From Polyangiales bacterium (GTDB taxonomy: Bacteria > Myxococcota_A > Polyangia > Polyangiales > Ga0077539): DNA of 64,000 bases. Of the stretch, positions 41,400-50,485 are shown piece by piece. Below the pieces are notes generated by a model, which had not been told where the DNA came from, did no database searches, and saw nothing but the letters and a program-made list of their open reading frames with translations. The position numbers and the translations under genes were made by a program. Where the stretch lies: NCBI GenBank assembly GCA_044229975.1, contig JBGARZ010000021.1, positions 32,001-96,000 on the forward strand, in the 5' to 3' direction. The stretch's first letter is position 1; each line of letters starts with the position of its first letter.

Positions 41400-41500
41400 G
41401 GTGGCGGCGACCCTAGCGCGTCGTGAAGGGGTGTGCGCGGGGTGGGTCGTCCGCAAGAAAGTTGACCGGAGCTCTCGCGATGGTGTTGGACCGATGTCCC

Positions 41501-42865
41501 GTGAAGAAGAAGCTGCTCTGGGGCGTGTCGTTGGCGGCGGTGGTGGCGCCGATGGTGGCGCTCGGGCTGCGAGTCCGGGAAGACGCCCGGGCTGATCGCG
41601 GGATGCGCGAGGGATTGGCGCTGCTCGACGTCTCCATCGATCGGGCGCCGACGCCCGAGTCCATCGACTGGCACCGCGCCGAGACGACCTTCGAGGGGGT
41701 GATGCACGCGAGCGGCGACGGCGATCGGGCCCGCCGGGCGAGGGCGCTCTGGCACGGGTGCCGCGCGCTGGGCGACCTGTCGCGGGCCGAGCTGGTGCTG
41801 GCGAGCGCGGAGATCCAGACGGCGAAGCGCGAAGACCCTGATGAGCCGCGGGTGGGGTTCATCGAGGCGGTGGTGCTGCAACGCCGCGGCGAGCGTCGGC
41901 GGGCGGCGCAGGTGCTGGAGACGATCACACGGTCGGCATCACTGTCGGACGCGCTGCGGATGCGGGTGGGTCTGCATCGGCTCGACCTGATGCTGGACGA
42001 GGGCGACGGCCACGCGGCGCTGACCCTGGCGGAGTCGCTCGCGCGCGGCACCAACGTGCACTCGGCGCTGGGCAACCGCCTGGGTCTCGCGCGCAGCGCG
42101 GTGGGTGACAACGTCGGCGCGCGGGCGGCCTTCGAGGCGGCGCGCGCGAGCGACCCGCGGGACGCGACGCCGCTCATCAACCTGGCGCGGCTGGCGCGGC
42201 AGACCGGCGACGCCGCGACGGCGCGGACGCTGTTGCAGCAGGCGCTGGCGCTCGACGGGACGAGCGGCGAGGCGTGGCTGGCATACGCGGTGGTGTTGAC
42301 CGACCTCGGGGCGCTGGTGGAGGCGCGGCGCGCGGTGCTCGACGCGGGAAGGCGGATGCCCGATCAGCCGGGGCCGTGGATGACGCAGGGCGAGATCGAC
42401 CTGCGCGAAGGGCACCCGGTGGAGGCGGCGGCGAGCTTCCGCGAGGCGCTCCAGCGGGCGCCCGACGACACCGGCGCGCGGACCAACCTGGGCGTGGCCT
42501 TGGCGCGAACGGGTGACCGACAGGGCGCGATGCGGGCCTTCGAGCAGGTGACGCAGCGGTCGCCGTCGGTGGGCCAGGCGTGGAACGGCCTGGGCGTGAT
42601 GCGGCTGTCGCTGAGCGACCCGGAGGGGGCGATCGGTCCGCTGGAGCACGCGACGCGGCTCCTGCCCGAAGACCCGAACCCTCCCTTGAATCTCGGCCTC
42701 GCCTACGAGCGGCTCCGGCGGTGGAACGAAGCGGCGCGCGCGTTTCGCGAGACGCTGCGGCGGTCGCCGACCAACGAGCTGGCGACGACGCACCTCGCGG
42801 CGATGCAGCCGTCGACGGCGGTGCGACCTGCGACGCCGCGCGCGCGGGTGACGGCGTCACGGTGA
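41501..42865 (+). CDS. Membrane-anchored TPR protein
   Basis: N-terminal TM and several TPRs (ARTNLGVAL, AWNGLG, NLGLAY). Confidence 0.85.
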   Translation: MKKKLLWGVSLAAVVAPMVALGLRVREDARADRGMREGLALLDVSIDRAPTPESIDWHRAETTFEGVMHASGDGDRARRARALWHGCRALGDLSRAELVLASAEIQTAKREDPDEPRVGFIEAVVLQRRGERRRAAQVLETITRSASLSDALRMRVGLHRLDLMLDEGDGHAALTLAESLARGTNVHSALGNRLGLARSAVGDNVGARAAFEAARASDPRDATPLINLARLARQTGDAATARTLLQQALALDGTSGEAWLAYAVVLTDLGALVEARRAVLDAGRRMPDQPGPWMTQGEIDLREGHPVEAAASFREALQRAPDDTGARTNLGVALARTGDRQGAMRAFEQVTQRSPSVGQAWNGLGVMRLSLSDPEGAIGPLEHATRLLPEDPNPPLNLGLAYERLRRWNEAARAFRETLRRSPTNELATTHLAAMQPSTAVRPATPRARVTASR

Positions 42866-42887
42866 CCGTCGACTCGGCGACGGATCT

Positions 42888-43460
42888 CTAACGCTCCCGC
42901 GGCAGCCCCTCGGACACCAGATCGACGGTCGCCTCGCGCACCTCGATGGCGGGCTCGTGGTCCATCGGGTCGTCCGACGCGAGCGGCGGCTGCGAGGCGG
43001 GCGCCGGCGGCAGCAGCGACGGCCGCTCCACGGCACGGCCCGCGTCGAGCAGCGCATCGCGCACCGGCAGCCGGTACTGCTGCGTCACGCCCACGAGCAG
43101 GTCGAGCGCGATCACGACCTCGCCCCGCTGGAGCGACTCGGTCGGCAGCTCGGCGCGCAGCGTGAGGTCGCCGTCGTCGTCGAGCGCGAACTTCACCAGC
43201 GTGAGGTTGTAGTTCACCGCGAGGATGCGACCGAGGAAGCGCGGAGGGTACTTGCCCGCGCCCCACGGCTTCGTCGTCGACGACTCCAGGAAGGGCAGCA
43301 CCGCGAGGTACATCCACGGCCCCGCGTGGCGCACCACGAGGCGGATCTCCCCCGCGTCGCTCTCCAGCGTGCAGCGCAAGGTGTGCTCGTCGAGCAGCCG
43401 TGGTGACCACGAGCGCTCATCCAGGATCGCCTTGACGTCTTCCACCCCGAGGGCAGCCAT
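42888..43460 (-). CDS. YbjN/T3SS-chaperone-like domain protein
   Basis: RILAVNYNLTLVKFALDDDGDLTLRAELP pattern. Confidence 0.7.
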   Translation of the reverse strand: MAALGVEDVKAILDERSWSPRLLDEHTLRCTLESDAGEIRLVVRHAGPWMYLAVLPFLESSTTKPWGAGKYPPRFLGRILAVNYNLTLVKFALDDDGDLTLRAELPTESLQRGEVVIALDLLVGVTQQYRLPVRDALLDAGRAVERPSLLPPAPASQPPLASDDPMDHEPAIEVREATVDLVSEGLPRER

Positions 43461-43526
43461 ACTCACCCGCCATCTGACCGGGTCGGGCGCCCGCCCGTCA
43501 AGCGCCGATCGCTCCGCACCCCCCGG

Positions 43527-43847
43527 TCAGGCCCCATCGAGGGGGTCGGGGTGCGCCCCCGCGAGCTTCTCGACCTCCGCCCGAAGCTTCGGGTGGGCCA
43601 GCAGTTTTCGCACGAGCAGCATGAAGCCCGGGTCGGCCAGGAGCTGCATCGGCGACGGGCTTTTCGTGGGCTTCGGCGGCGGATGGGCCCGCAGCTTCTC
43701 CATGGCGAGGCAGTGGGCCTTGGTCGGAAACTCGTCCCCGGCCTCCCACGAGCGCAACAACGCCACATCGACGTCGAGCGCCTCGGCCATCGCCCGCACG
43801 TTGATGCCGAGCTCCTTCCGGAGCGCCTTGATATCGTCCGCGGTCAT
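43527..43847 (-). CDS. XRE/Cro-type helix-turn-helix protein
   Basis: MTADDIKALRKELG...MAEALDVD..LLRSWEAGDEFP. Confidence 0.85.
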   Translation of the reverse strand: MTADDIKALRKELGINVRAMAEALDVDVALLRSWEAGDEFPTKAHCLAMEKLRAHPPPKPTKSPSPMQLLADPGFMLLVRKLLAHPKLRAEVEKLAGAHPDPLDGA

Positions 43848-43854
43848 GGCGCGG

Positions 43855-43861
43855 TAGCATA
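43855..43861. promoter_or_regulatory. Overlapping bidirectional -10 elements (TAGCAT on +, TATGCT on -)
   Basis: Each hexamer lies exactly 8 nt before the ATG of its divergent gene, in a 21-bp intergenic gap. Confidence 0.55.
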
Positions 43862-43868
43862 GGCGCGG

Positions 43869-44414
43869 ATGGAGCTACGCACGCAACTCGCCATCGTCGC
43901 CGCCGTCGCCATCGCCTGGTCGGCGGGGCGCTTCGTCCGCGTGAGGGCCGTGGTCGACTCCCGCGACAACGACCGCCTCTCGCTCGCCGCGCTCGAAGCC
44001 CGCATCGCGCGCCACCCCGACGACGCCGCGGGCACACGAACCCTCCTGCGCCGCTACTTCGACCAGGGCATGCCCCGCCTCGTCGTCGACAGCGCCCAGC
44101 GCGCGCCCGCCAACGTCCAGCACGACGGCGCGGTGTGCCTCACGGTCGCCCGCGCCCACGAGGCGCTCGGCAGCGTTCGCACGGCGCAGGCGGTGGTCAA
44201 CGGCGCGCTCTCGCGGTGCGGCATCTTGCCGGAGTCGCTCCTCGAAGGCGCCGGCTGCGACCACCGGACGCAGGCCGAGCTCGCCATGGAGATCGTCGCC
44301 CTCGACCGCATGATCGAGTGGAACATCACCCCGCAGAGCGACCCCGCGCGCGCCTCCCTCGCGCACGAGCTGTCGACCCGCCCGGTTCGCATCAGCGCCC
44401 GGTCGTCGCAGTAG
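43869..44414 (+). CDS. Hypothetical membrane-anchored helical (TPR-like) protein
   Basis: N-terminal hydrophobic helix and host-like codon usage. Confidence 0.65.
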   Translation: MELRTQLAIVAAVAIAWSAGRFVRVRAVVDSRDNDRLSLAALEARIARHPDDAAGTRTLLRRYFDQGMPRLVVDSAQRAPANVQHDGAVCLTVARAHEALGSVRTAQAVVNGALSRCGILPESLLEGAGCDHRTQAELAMEIVALDRMIEWNITPQSDPARASLAHELSTRPVRISARSSQ

Positions 44415-44420
44415 CGCTCA

Positions 44421-44543
44421 GAAGGTCAGCACAAACCGTCGCGAGCACCCCGAGACGAGGGAGGCCGCGCGAGACATACGCGGGGTATTTCGAGCGCGGC
44501 CGACCGCTGGATCGGGGGGCGCAGCAGGTTTGTGCTGACCTTC
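44421..44543. mobile_element. 123-bp MITE-like element
   Basis: Perfect 17-bp terminal inverted repeats GAAGGTCAGCACAAACC / GGTTTGTGCTGACCTTC, flanked on both sides by TCA. Internal GGCCGCGC...GCGCGGCC hairpin. Confidence 0.7.
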
Positions 44544-44873
44544 TCAGATTCCGCGCGGCACCTTGGCGAGGTCGAGCTGCAACATCGCGGCGCGCAGCAC
44601 CGACGAGCGGCTGGCCTTCGTGTGCCCCTTGCGCTTCAGGTCGCGCACGGCGGCGTCGAGCCGGTCGAGGTCTTCGGTGTAGAGCGAGATGCAGATGACC
44701 TTGTAGTGCTCGGGTCGGGCCTTCGCGTCGGGCACCGCGCGCCGCGGCCCCGGCCGCTCCGTCTCCTCGGTGAACGTGGGCGAGAAGAACCGCTCGCGCA
44801 GCACCGTGTCGATGTCGTCGCCCAGCACATCTTGAATCCCCTGCGAGGGGTCCTTCAGCGTCGTCCTTGCCAT
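44544..44873 (-). CDS. Small ribbon-helix-helix protein (ParG/CopG-like), 109 aa
   Basis: YKVICISLYTEDLDRLDAAVRDLKRKG...SRSSVLRAAM. ATG overlaps the stop of parA. The longer ORF in the track (to 45254) is an upstream extension. Confidence 0.75.
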   Translation of the reverse strand: MARTTLKDPSQGIQDVLGDDIDTVLRERFFSPTFTEETERPGPRRAVPDAKARPEHYKVICISLYTEDLDRLDAAVRDLKRKGHTKASRSSVLRAAMLQLDLAKVPRGI

Positions 44874-45997
44874 CACGCCACCTCCGCCGCGGCCATCGCC
44901 GGCGCCACCACCGGGGTCGCCCGCACCGTCGCCACCAGCTCGCCGTTGGTCGCGGCCGGCGCCTTGTGATCGCGCTGCACCGCCTTGAGCACGCGATCGA
45001 CCACCGTCGCGTAGTCCTCGGCGCCGTGCGAGTCCGGCGCGTACTCGAAGATCGTCTGCTTGGCCGCGGGCGCCTCGCGCAGCTTCATGTTGGCGCGCAC
45101 CGGCGGGAAGCACAGGTCCTCGAACTTCTTCTGGAGGGTGTCCGTCACCTCGCGACCGAGCTTGTGCCGCGCGTCGTAGAAGGTCGGAATCACCCCGAGG
45201 ATGTACACCGGGTGCTTGAGCGCCTCGTGCACGTGGCCAAGCGTTCGCACGCACTGCTTCACGCCCACCAGCGCGAGGTAGTCGCAGCTCACCGGGATGA
45301 GCACCGAGTCGGCGTAGCAGAGGGCGTTCTGGTTGAGCAGCGAGAGCGACGGCGAGCAGTCGAGCACCACCACGTCGTAGGCGTCCGAGCCCATCATCCG
45401 CTCGCGCAGCACCCGGTCACGCGCGGGCCGCGACGCGAGGTACACCTCCGCCGCCGCCAGCGTCTCGTTGGACGTGATGACGTCGAGGTTCTCGCGCACC
45501 GGGACCGCCACCTCGCGCGGGTCGGTTCCGAGGACGAGCACATGGTAGAGCGTGCTCTCGCTCTTCAGGCCCAGCGAGACCCCGACGTTGCCCTGCGGGT
45601 CGACGTCGACGAGCAGCACGCGCAGGCCCTTCTCCGCGAGGCCCGCGGCGACGTTGATGGCCGTCGTGGTCTTGCCCGTTCCGCCCTTGTGGTTGAACAC
45701 CGCGATGCGCCGCGTGGCCTTCGCCGGCGCCGGGGCGGCGACCAGCGCCTCACGACACGCCTGCGTGCACATGAAGCGCGTGCCGTGGTCCTCGACCATC
45801 ACCTGCCACGCAAACTCCAGCTTGAACGGCCGCTCACAGTGCGAGCAGCTGGCCGCCCCGCGGTCGACCCCGAGGTGCTTCTGCTGGCACCGCTGCGAGC
45901 AGAAGTGCCGCACGCCCGCGGCGTCCTCTGTCACCTGGTAGCGGAACTTCAGCTCGAAGCCCTTCCCGCACACCGAACACGTCTTGCCTGTCGCCAT
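44873..45997 (-). CDS. ParA/Soj-family ATPase with two N-terminal TRASH/FCS-like zinc ribbons
   Basis: [24 protein letters not shown], signature Lys present. N-terminal CSVC...HFCSQRC and CSHC...FMCTQAC. Confidence 0.9.
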   Translation of the reverse strand: MATGKTCSVCGKGFELKFRYQVTEDAAGVRHFCSQRCQQKHLGVDRGAASCSHCERPFKLEFAWQVMVEDHGTRFMCTQACREALVAAPAPAKATRRIAVFNHKGGTGKTTTAINVAAGLAEKGLRVLLVDVDPQGNVGVSLGLKSESTLYHVLVLGTDPREVAVPVRENLDVITSNETLAAAEVYLASRPARDRVLRERMMGSDAYDVVVLDCSPSLSLLNQNALCYADSVLIPVSCDYLALVGVKQCVRTLGHVHEALKHPVYILGVIPTFYDARHKLGREVTDTLQKKFEDLCFPPVRANMKLREAPAAKQTIFEYAPDSHGAEDYATVVDRVLKAVQRDHKAPAATNGELVATVRATPVVAPAMAAAEVA

Positions 45998-46163
45998 TCG
46001 TCGCCTCCCGTTCCCAGCGCCGCGGCGAGCGCTTCGGAGACCCCGTCCAAGGGTCCGAAGCACCTCCGCAACTGGTTATGGAAGCGCCGTTAGCCTGCGC
46101 CGGAATGGTGCCGCAAATTTTCGGCGGAGAAGTTTCGCCGCTGCGTAGGCCGACAGGCGTCGG

Positions 46164-46694
46164 TCAGTGGACGACGGGGCCGTTGGCGCCCGTGAAGTCC
46201 ACCACGCCGTCGTGGCGGTCGGGGATGCCCACGAGGCCGATGCGACCGCGGGCGATCTCGGTGGCGCCGCGCGAGTCGTTGACCGTGATGGCGACCTCGT
46301 AGTTTTCCATCGGCTGGAACTCGTCGGGCCCGCGGTGCAGCACCGTCTGGTGATAGAAGATCTGGTCGTTGGGGTTGGTGAGCGCGATGGCCTGGTTGGT
46401 CACATACCGCCGGGTGCGCCCCTCCAGCTTGTAGAACACCAACGTCACCTCGACGGCCCGCGGCGCCCTCGCCAGGAAGGCCATGAACTGTACCCGCCAC
46501 ACGTGCGACTGGGTGTCTTCGGCGTAGGTGCGCGCCTGGTTGGAGGTCGCCCAGCCGCGGATGTTGCCCACCATCTCGCGCGGCGGACGGCGGTTGGTGA
46601 ACACGATGGACCCGTTGGACTGCGCCGGGAGGTGAGACGTGGTGGCAAGCGCCGCAGCGCCGAGGAAGGAGGCCAGGAGGGCTCGTCGGTTCAT
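46164..46694 (-). CDS. Exported hypothetical protein with a possible Tat signal
   Basis: MNRRALLASFLGAAALA followed by a beta-rich mature region. Confidence 0.7.
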   Translation of the reverse strand: MNRRALLASFLGAAALATTSHLPAQSNGSIVFTNRRPPREMVGNIRGWATSNQARTYAEDTQSHVWRVQFMAFLARAPRAVEVTLVFYKLEGRTRRYVTNQAIALTNPNDQIFYHQTVLHRGPDEFQPMENYEVAITVNDSRGATEIARGRIGLVGIPDRHDGVVDFTGANGPVVH

Positions 46695-46798
46695 GGGAGG
46701 GCTACGCAGTCTATCCAAGACCGCTTCAGAGACAATCCCACCGCGCTGCCGAAAACTGGCGCCCAGCCCTCCGGGTGTGACAGCGCCTTCGGGAGCCG

Positions 46799-49168
46799 AT
46801 GCAGCCCTCCACGATGCCCTCCGCGCGCGCGCTCTCCGAGCGGGCGATCACCCTGGCCCAGGAGGCGCGCGTCACCCCGACGACCCTCCACCTCATGGTG
46901 GCCGCCGCCGACGGCTCGCCCGAGCTCGCGCGTCTGCTGAGGTCGTTCGGGCTGCGCTCCATCGAGCTGCGCCAGGCCAGCGCCCAGCACCAGGAACCCG
47001 ACGGCACCCTCGGCCGCGCCCAGGTGCAATCACGCACGCTCGCCGTCGCGCAAGGCGTCGCCGAACCCAACGGTCGCCACCTCCTCGCCGCCGCCGTGGT
47101 CATCCCCGACAGCAGCGTCGGCGTCGTGCTCCGCGGCCTCGGGCAAGACCTCGCCAAGGTCGCCCGCACCCTCGTCGGCCCGATGCCCGTGTCGCGCGTC
47201 GTCGCCCCGCGCTCGGCCGAGCTCGCCGCCGTGTCCGCCTCCATCGCCGCCACGCAGGGCTCACCGCGCGTTCCGGCTTCGGCGAGCATGGCCGTGTCTC
47301 GCTCGCGGCTGTCGCCCCTCGACGCGCGCCGCGTGCAGCCCGTCACGCCACCACCATTGCCGACGGCGAAGTCCGCTCCGCCGCGCGTGCGACCGACGCG
47401 CATCAAGGCCGTCGAGGCGCCCGACGAGATCGCGACCGCGCGCCGCAAGAGCCCCGTGCTCGACCGCTGGCTTCTCCCCGCCACCGGGCCCGAGATCGTC
47501 GGTCGCGAGGACGAGCTCGCCCGCCTGCGCGACGCCGTCGAGCGTCGTGAGTCGCGCGGCGCCCTCCTCGTCGGCGCCCCCGGCGTCGGCAAGAACGCCC
47601 TCCTCACGGCCCTCTCCCGCGAGACCGGCGGCGCCGTGTTGCGACTGCGCCACGCCGACGTGATGGCGGCCCTGCGCGGCGAAGAAGCCGAGGCCGCCCG
47701 CGCCGCGCTCACCTGGGCTGCGCGCGGTCACGCCGTGGTCGCGCTCGACCCCGTCGCTGCATGGACCTCTCCCCGCGAGACGCCCGACGACGTGCTCACC
47801 GCCATGCGCGCGTGGATGCAGTCGGGGCGCGTTCCGTGGGTGGGCGTCGCCACCGCCGAGGAGGCGCGTCGCCTCGTCGAGAGCGACCCATGGATCGACC
47901 AGGGGTCCCAGCGCATCGACCTCGACGAGCTCCCTCCCGCGCAGGTCATCGACGTGGTGGTCGCCCGCGCGCACGCCCTGTCGTCGCTGCACAACGTCAC
48001 CATGACCAGCGAGCTCGCCCAGCGCGCCGTCGCCCTCTGCGACCGCTACGCCGGGGGCCGCGCGCAGCCCGAACGCACGCTCACGGTCATCGACCTCGGC
48101 CTCGCCCGCGCCCGCCGCGAAGGCCGCGCCGCGCTCGATGACGACACCCTCTGCGAAGTCGTCGCGGGCGTCGCGGGGCTCCCCCGCGAGCGCGTCGCGA
48201 GCACCGACCACGCCCGTCTGCTGGCGCTCGAAGAGCACCTCGGCGCCCGCGTCGTCGGACACCGCGCGGCCCTCTCGCGCATCGCTGATGTGGTGCGCCG
48301 CAACGCCGTGGGTTTTCGCGGCTCGCGCCCGCTCGGAACCTTCCTCCTCCTCGGCCCCACCGGCGTCGGGAAGACCGAGACCGCGAAGGCGCTGGCCGAA
48401 GCTCTCTTCCCCGGTGATGGCGGCCTCTCGCGCTTCGACATGGCGGAGTACTCCGAGGCGCACGCCGTCGCGCGTCTGGTCGGCGCACCGCCTGGATACG
48501 TGGGCTACGGCGAGGGCGGTCAGCTCACCGAGGCGGTGAAGCGACGGCCGTGGCAGCTCATCCTCATCGACGAGATCGAGAAGGCGCACCGCGACGTTCT
48601 CCAGGCGCTGCTCGGCTTGCTCGACGAGGGGCGCATGACCGACGGCCGCGGCCGCACGGCGGACTTCCGCAACACGCTCATCGTGATGACGAGCAACCTC
48701 GGAGCGGAGGCGTTTCAGGCCACGATGACCCGCCGCGGGGTGGGCTTTGCGAGCGTTCGTCCGACGACGGACGTCAGCGTCGATGCGTCGCAGTCGGTGC
48801 TCGACGCCGCCCGTGCCTCGCTCCCGCCCGAGCTCTGGAACCGCATCGACGAGCCCCTCGTCTTCGGCGCCCTGTCGCGCGCGGAGGTCGCCGAGGTCGC
48901 GCGCCGCCTGCTCGACGATCGCGCCGGAAGGCTGGAGAAGGAGCAGGGCGTCTCGCTCCGCATCGACCCCACCGTGGTTGAGCTCCTGCTGGCGGGCGGC
49001 GGGTACGACGCGTTGCTTGGTGCGCGTCCGATGCGCCGGGCGGTGGCGCGTCTGGTGGAGGCTCCGCTGGCCGAGGCGGTGCTGCGCGGTCGCCTCCCGC
49101 GAGGGTCGAGCGCGAGGGTCTCGGCGGCGGACGGAGCGCTGCGCATCGAGGTAGCGGGAGACCCTTGA
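46799..49168 (+). CDS. Clp/Hsp100 ATPase (ClpA/C-like) with degenerate first NBD
   Basis: Clp-N-like repeats. NBD1 GAPGVGKN with eroded Walker B (VALDPV). NBD2 GPTGVGKTE, DMAEYSE, GAPPGYVGY, LIDEIEKAH, VGF loop, PELWNRID, GARP. Confidence 0.9.
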   Translation: MQPSTMPSARALSERAITLAQEARVTPTTLHLMVAAADGSPELARLLRSFGLRSIELRQASAQHQEPDGTLGRAQVQSRTLAVAQGVAEPNGRHLLAAAVVIPDSSVGVVLRGLGQDLAKVARTLVGPMPVSRVVAPRSAELAAVSASIAATQGSPRVPASASMAVSRSRLSPLDARRVQPVTPPPLPTAKSAPPRVRPTRIKAVEAPDEIATARRKSPVLDRWLLPATGPEIVGREDELARLRDAVERRESRGALLVGAPGVGKNALLTALSRETGGAVLRLRHADVMAALRGEEAEAARAALTWAARGHAVVALDPVAAWTSPRETPDDVLTAMRAWMQSGRVPWVGVATAEEARRLVESDPWIDQGSQRIDLDELPPAQVIDVVVARAHALSSLHNVTMTSELAQRAVALCDRYAGGRAQPERTLTVIDLGLARARREGRAALDDDTLCEVVAGVAGLPRERVASTDHARLLALEEHLGARVVGHRAALSRIADVVRRNAVGFRGSRPLGTFLLLGPTGVGKTETAKALAEALFPGDGGLSRFDMAEYSEAHAVARLVGAPPGYVGYGEGGQLTEAVKRRPWQLILIDEIEKAHRDVLQALLGLLDEGRMTDGRGRTADFRNTLIVMTSNLGAEAFQATMTRRGVGFASVRPTTDVSVDASQSVLDAARASLPPELWNRIDEPLVFGALSRAEVAEVARRLLDDRAGRLEKEQGVSLRIDPTVVELLLAGGGYDALLGARPMRRAVARLVEAPLAEAVLRGRLPRGSSARVSAADGALRIEVAGDP

Positions 49169-49188
49169 TCGCGGGGGACGTTGGGGGC

Positions 49189-50475
49189 ATGGTCCGCCCG
49201 CCAATGGCTGCCACCAGCGAGGGACCGGAGTTCGATCTGCCGCGTCGCTTCGGGCGATACGTGCTGTTCGACCACATCGGTCGCGGCGGCATGGCGGAGA
49301 TCTACCTGGCTCGCGGCACCACCCAGATGGGGGCCGCGCGGCTCGCGGTCGTGAAGGTGGTGCTCAACCAGTTCTCCGACGACCCCGCGTTTGCGTCGAT
49401 GCTCATCAGCGAGGCGAAGCTCGCGGCGCGGCTCTCCCATCGCAACATCGTCCAGACCTTCGACCTCGGTCGCGAGGAGGGTCGGCTCTACATCGCGATG
49501 GAGTACGTCGAGGGCTTCGACGTCACGCAGCTCCTGCGCAAGCTCTCGCAGAAGAAGATCGGGCTGCCCGCGGAGTTCGGCTTCTACGTGGTGCTGGAGA
49601 TGCTCCAGTCGCTCGACTACGCGCACCGCTGCTCGGACGACGACGGCAACGCGCTCGGCATCGTGCACCGCGACGTGTCCCCCTCCAACGTGCTGGTCTC
49701 GCTGGAGGGCGAGGTGAAGCTCTGCGACTTCGGCATCGCGCGCGCCGTCACCGACATCGCCGAGCTGCCCGCGGGGGCCCTCGAAGGCAAGGCCGCGTAC
49801 ATGTCCCCCGAGCAGGCGCGGGGCGAGCGCATCGACGGCCGCGCCGACATCTTCTCGGCGAGCATCATCCTGTGGGAGCTGCTCTGCGGCCGACGCATGT
49901 ACAAGGCCCAGCCCGATCGCGAGGTCATCGACATCGCGCGCGCCGGCGAGGTGCCCGCGCTCATCGACCGCGGACTGCCGCAGTACGCCGAGCTGCAAGC
50001 CATCGTGTCCAAGGGCCTCGCGGCCGCCCGCGAAGATCGCTACGCCACGGCCGGGGCGATGGCGCGCGACCTGGAGGACTACATCATCCGCAACCGCCTC
50101 CGGGCGTCGCCGATGAAGCTCGGGCACTTCCTCACCGAGCAGTTCGAGACCGAGCTGGTGAGCGTGCGTCGCGACCTCGAACAGCGCGCCCTGTCGGTCA
50201 CCGCGGAGGTCCCGGTGGAGGTCATCCCCAACCTCTACTCCGACCCGCCGCCGCCGATGGTCACCGCGCCGCCGCCCCACGCTGCGCCGCAGGACGTCGA
50301 CCCCCTGCCGCTCCTCTCGTCGGGCCCGCCGATGCCCGTCGCCGTCGTCGCGCCGCCTGTCGTTGCACCGGCGTTCGCGCCGCCTCCGCCGAAGCGCCCC
50401 GTGGCCGTCGTCGCGCTCGCGGTGGTGGCGGTGCTCGGCGTCGTGGCGCTGGTCGTCTCGCAGCTCGCGCACTGA
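49189..50475 (+). CDS. Ser/Thr protein kinase with C-terminal TM helix
   Basis: FGRY, IGRGGMAEIY, HRDVSPSN, DFG, GKAAYMSPEQ. Start could also be 49165 or 49204. Confidence 0.93.
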   Translation: MVRPPMAATSEGPEFDLPRRFGRYVLFDHIGRGGMAEIYLARGTTQMGAARLAVVKVVLNQFSDDPAFASMLISEAKLAARLSHRNIVQTFDLGREEGRLYIAMEYVEGFDVTQLLRKLSQKKIGLPAEFGFYVVLEMLQSLDYAHRCSDDDGNALGIVHRDVSPSNVLVSLEGEVKLCDFGIARAVTDIAELPAGALEGKAAYMSPEQARGERIDGRADIFSASIILWELLCGRRMYKAQPDREVIDIARAGEVPALIDRGLPQYAELQAIVSKGLAAAREDRYATAGAMARDLEDYIIRNRLRASPMKLGHFLTEQFETELVSVRRDLEQRALSVTAEVPVEVIPNLYSDPPPPMVTAPPPHAAPQDVDPLPLLSSGPPMPVAVVAPPVVAPAFAPPPPKRPVAVVALAVVAVLGVVALVVSQLAH

Positions 50476-50485
50476 CGTCGTCGCC

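Noticed and set aside
42888..43847. Toxin-antitoxin pair (XRE plus neighbour)
   Set aside because: The neighbour looks YbjN/chaperone-like, with no toxin motif.
45998..46163. Iterated centromere (parS/parH-like) upstream of the ParA-RHH pair
   Set aside because: I found only two imperfect hairpins and no convincing direct-repeat array.
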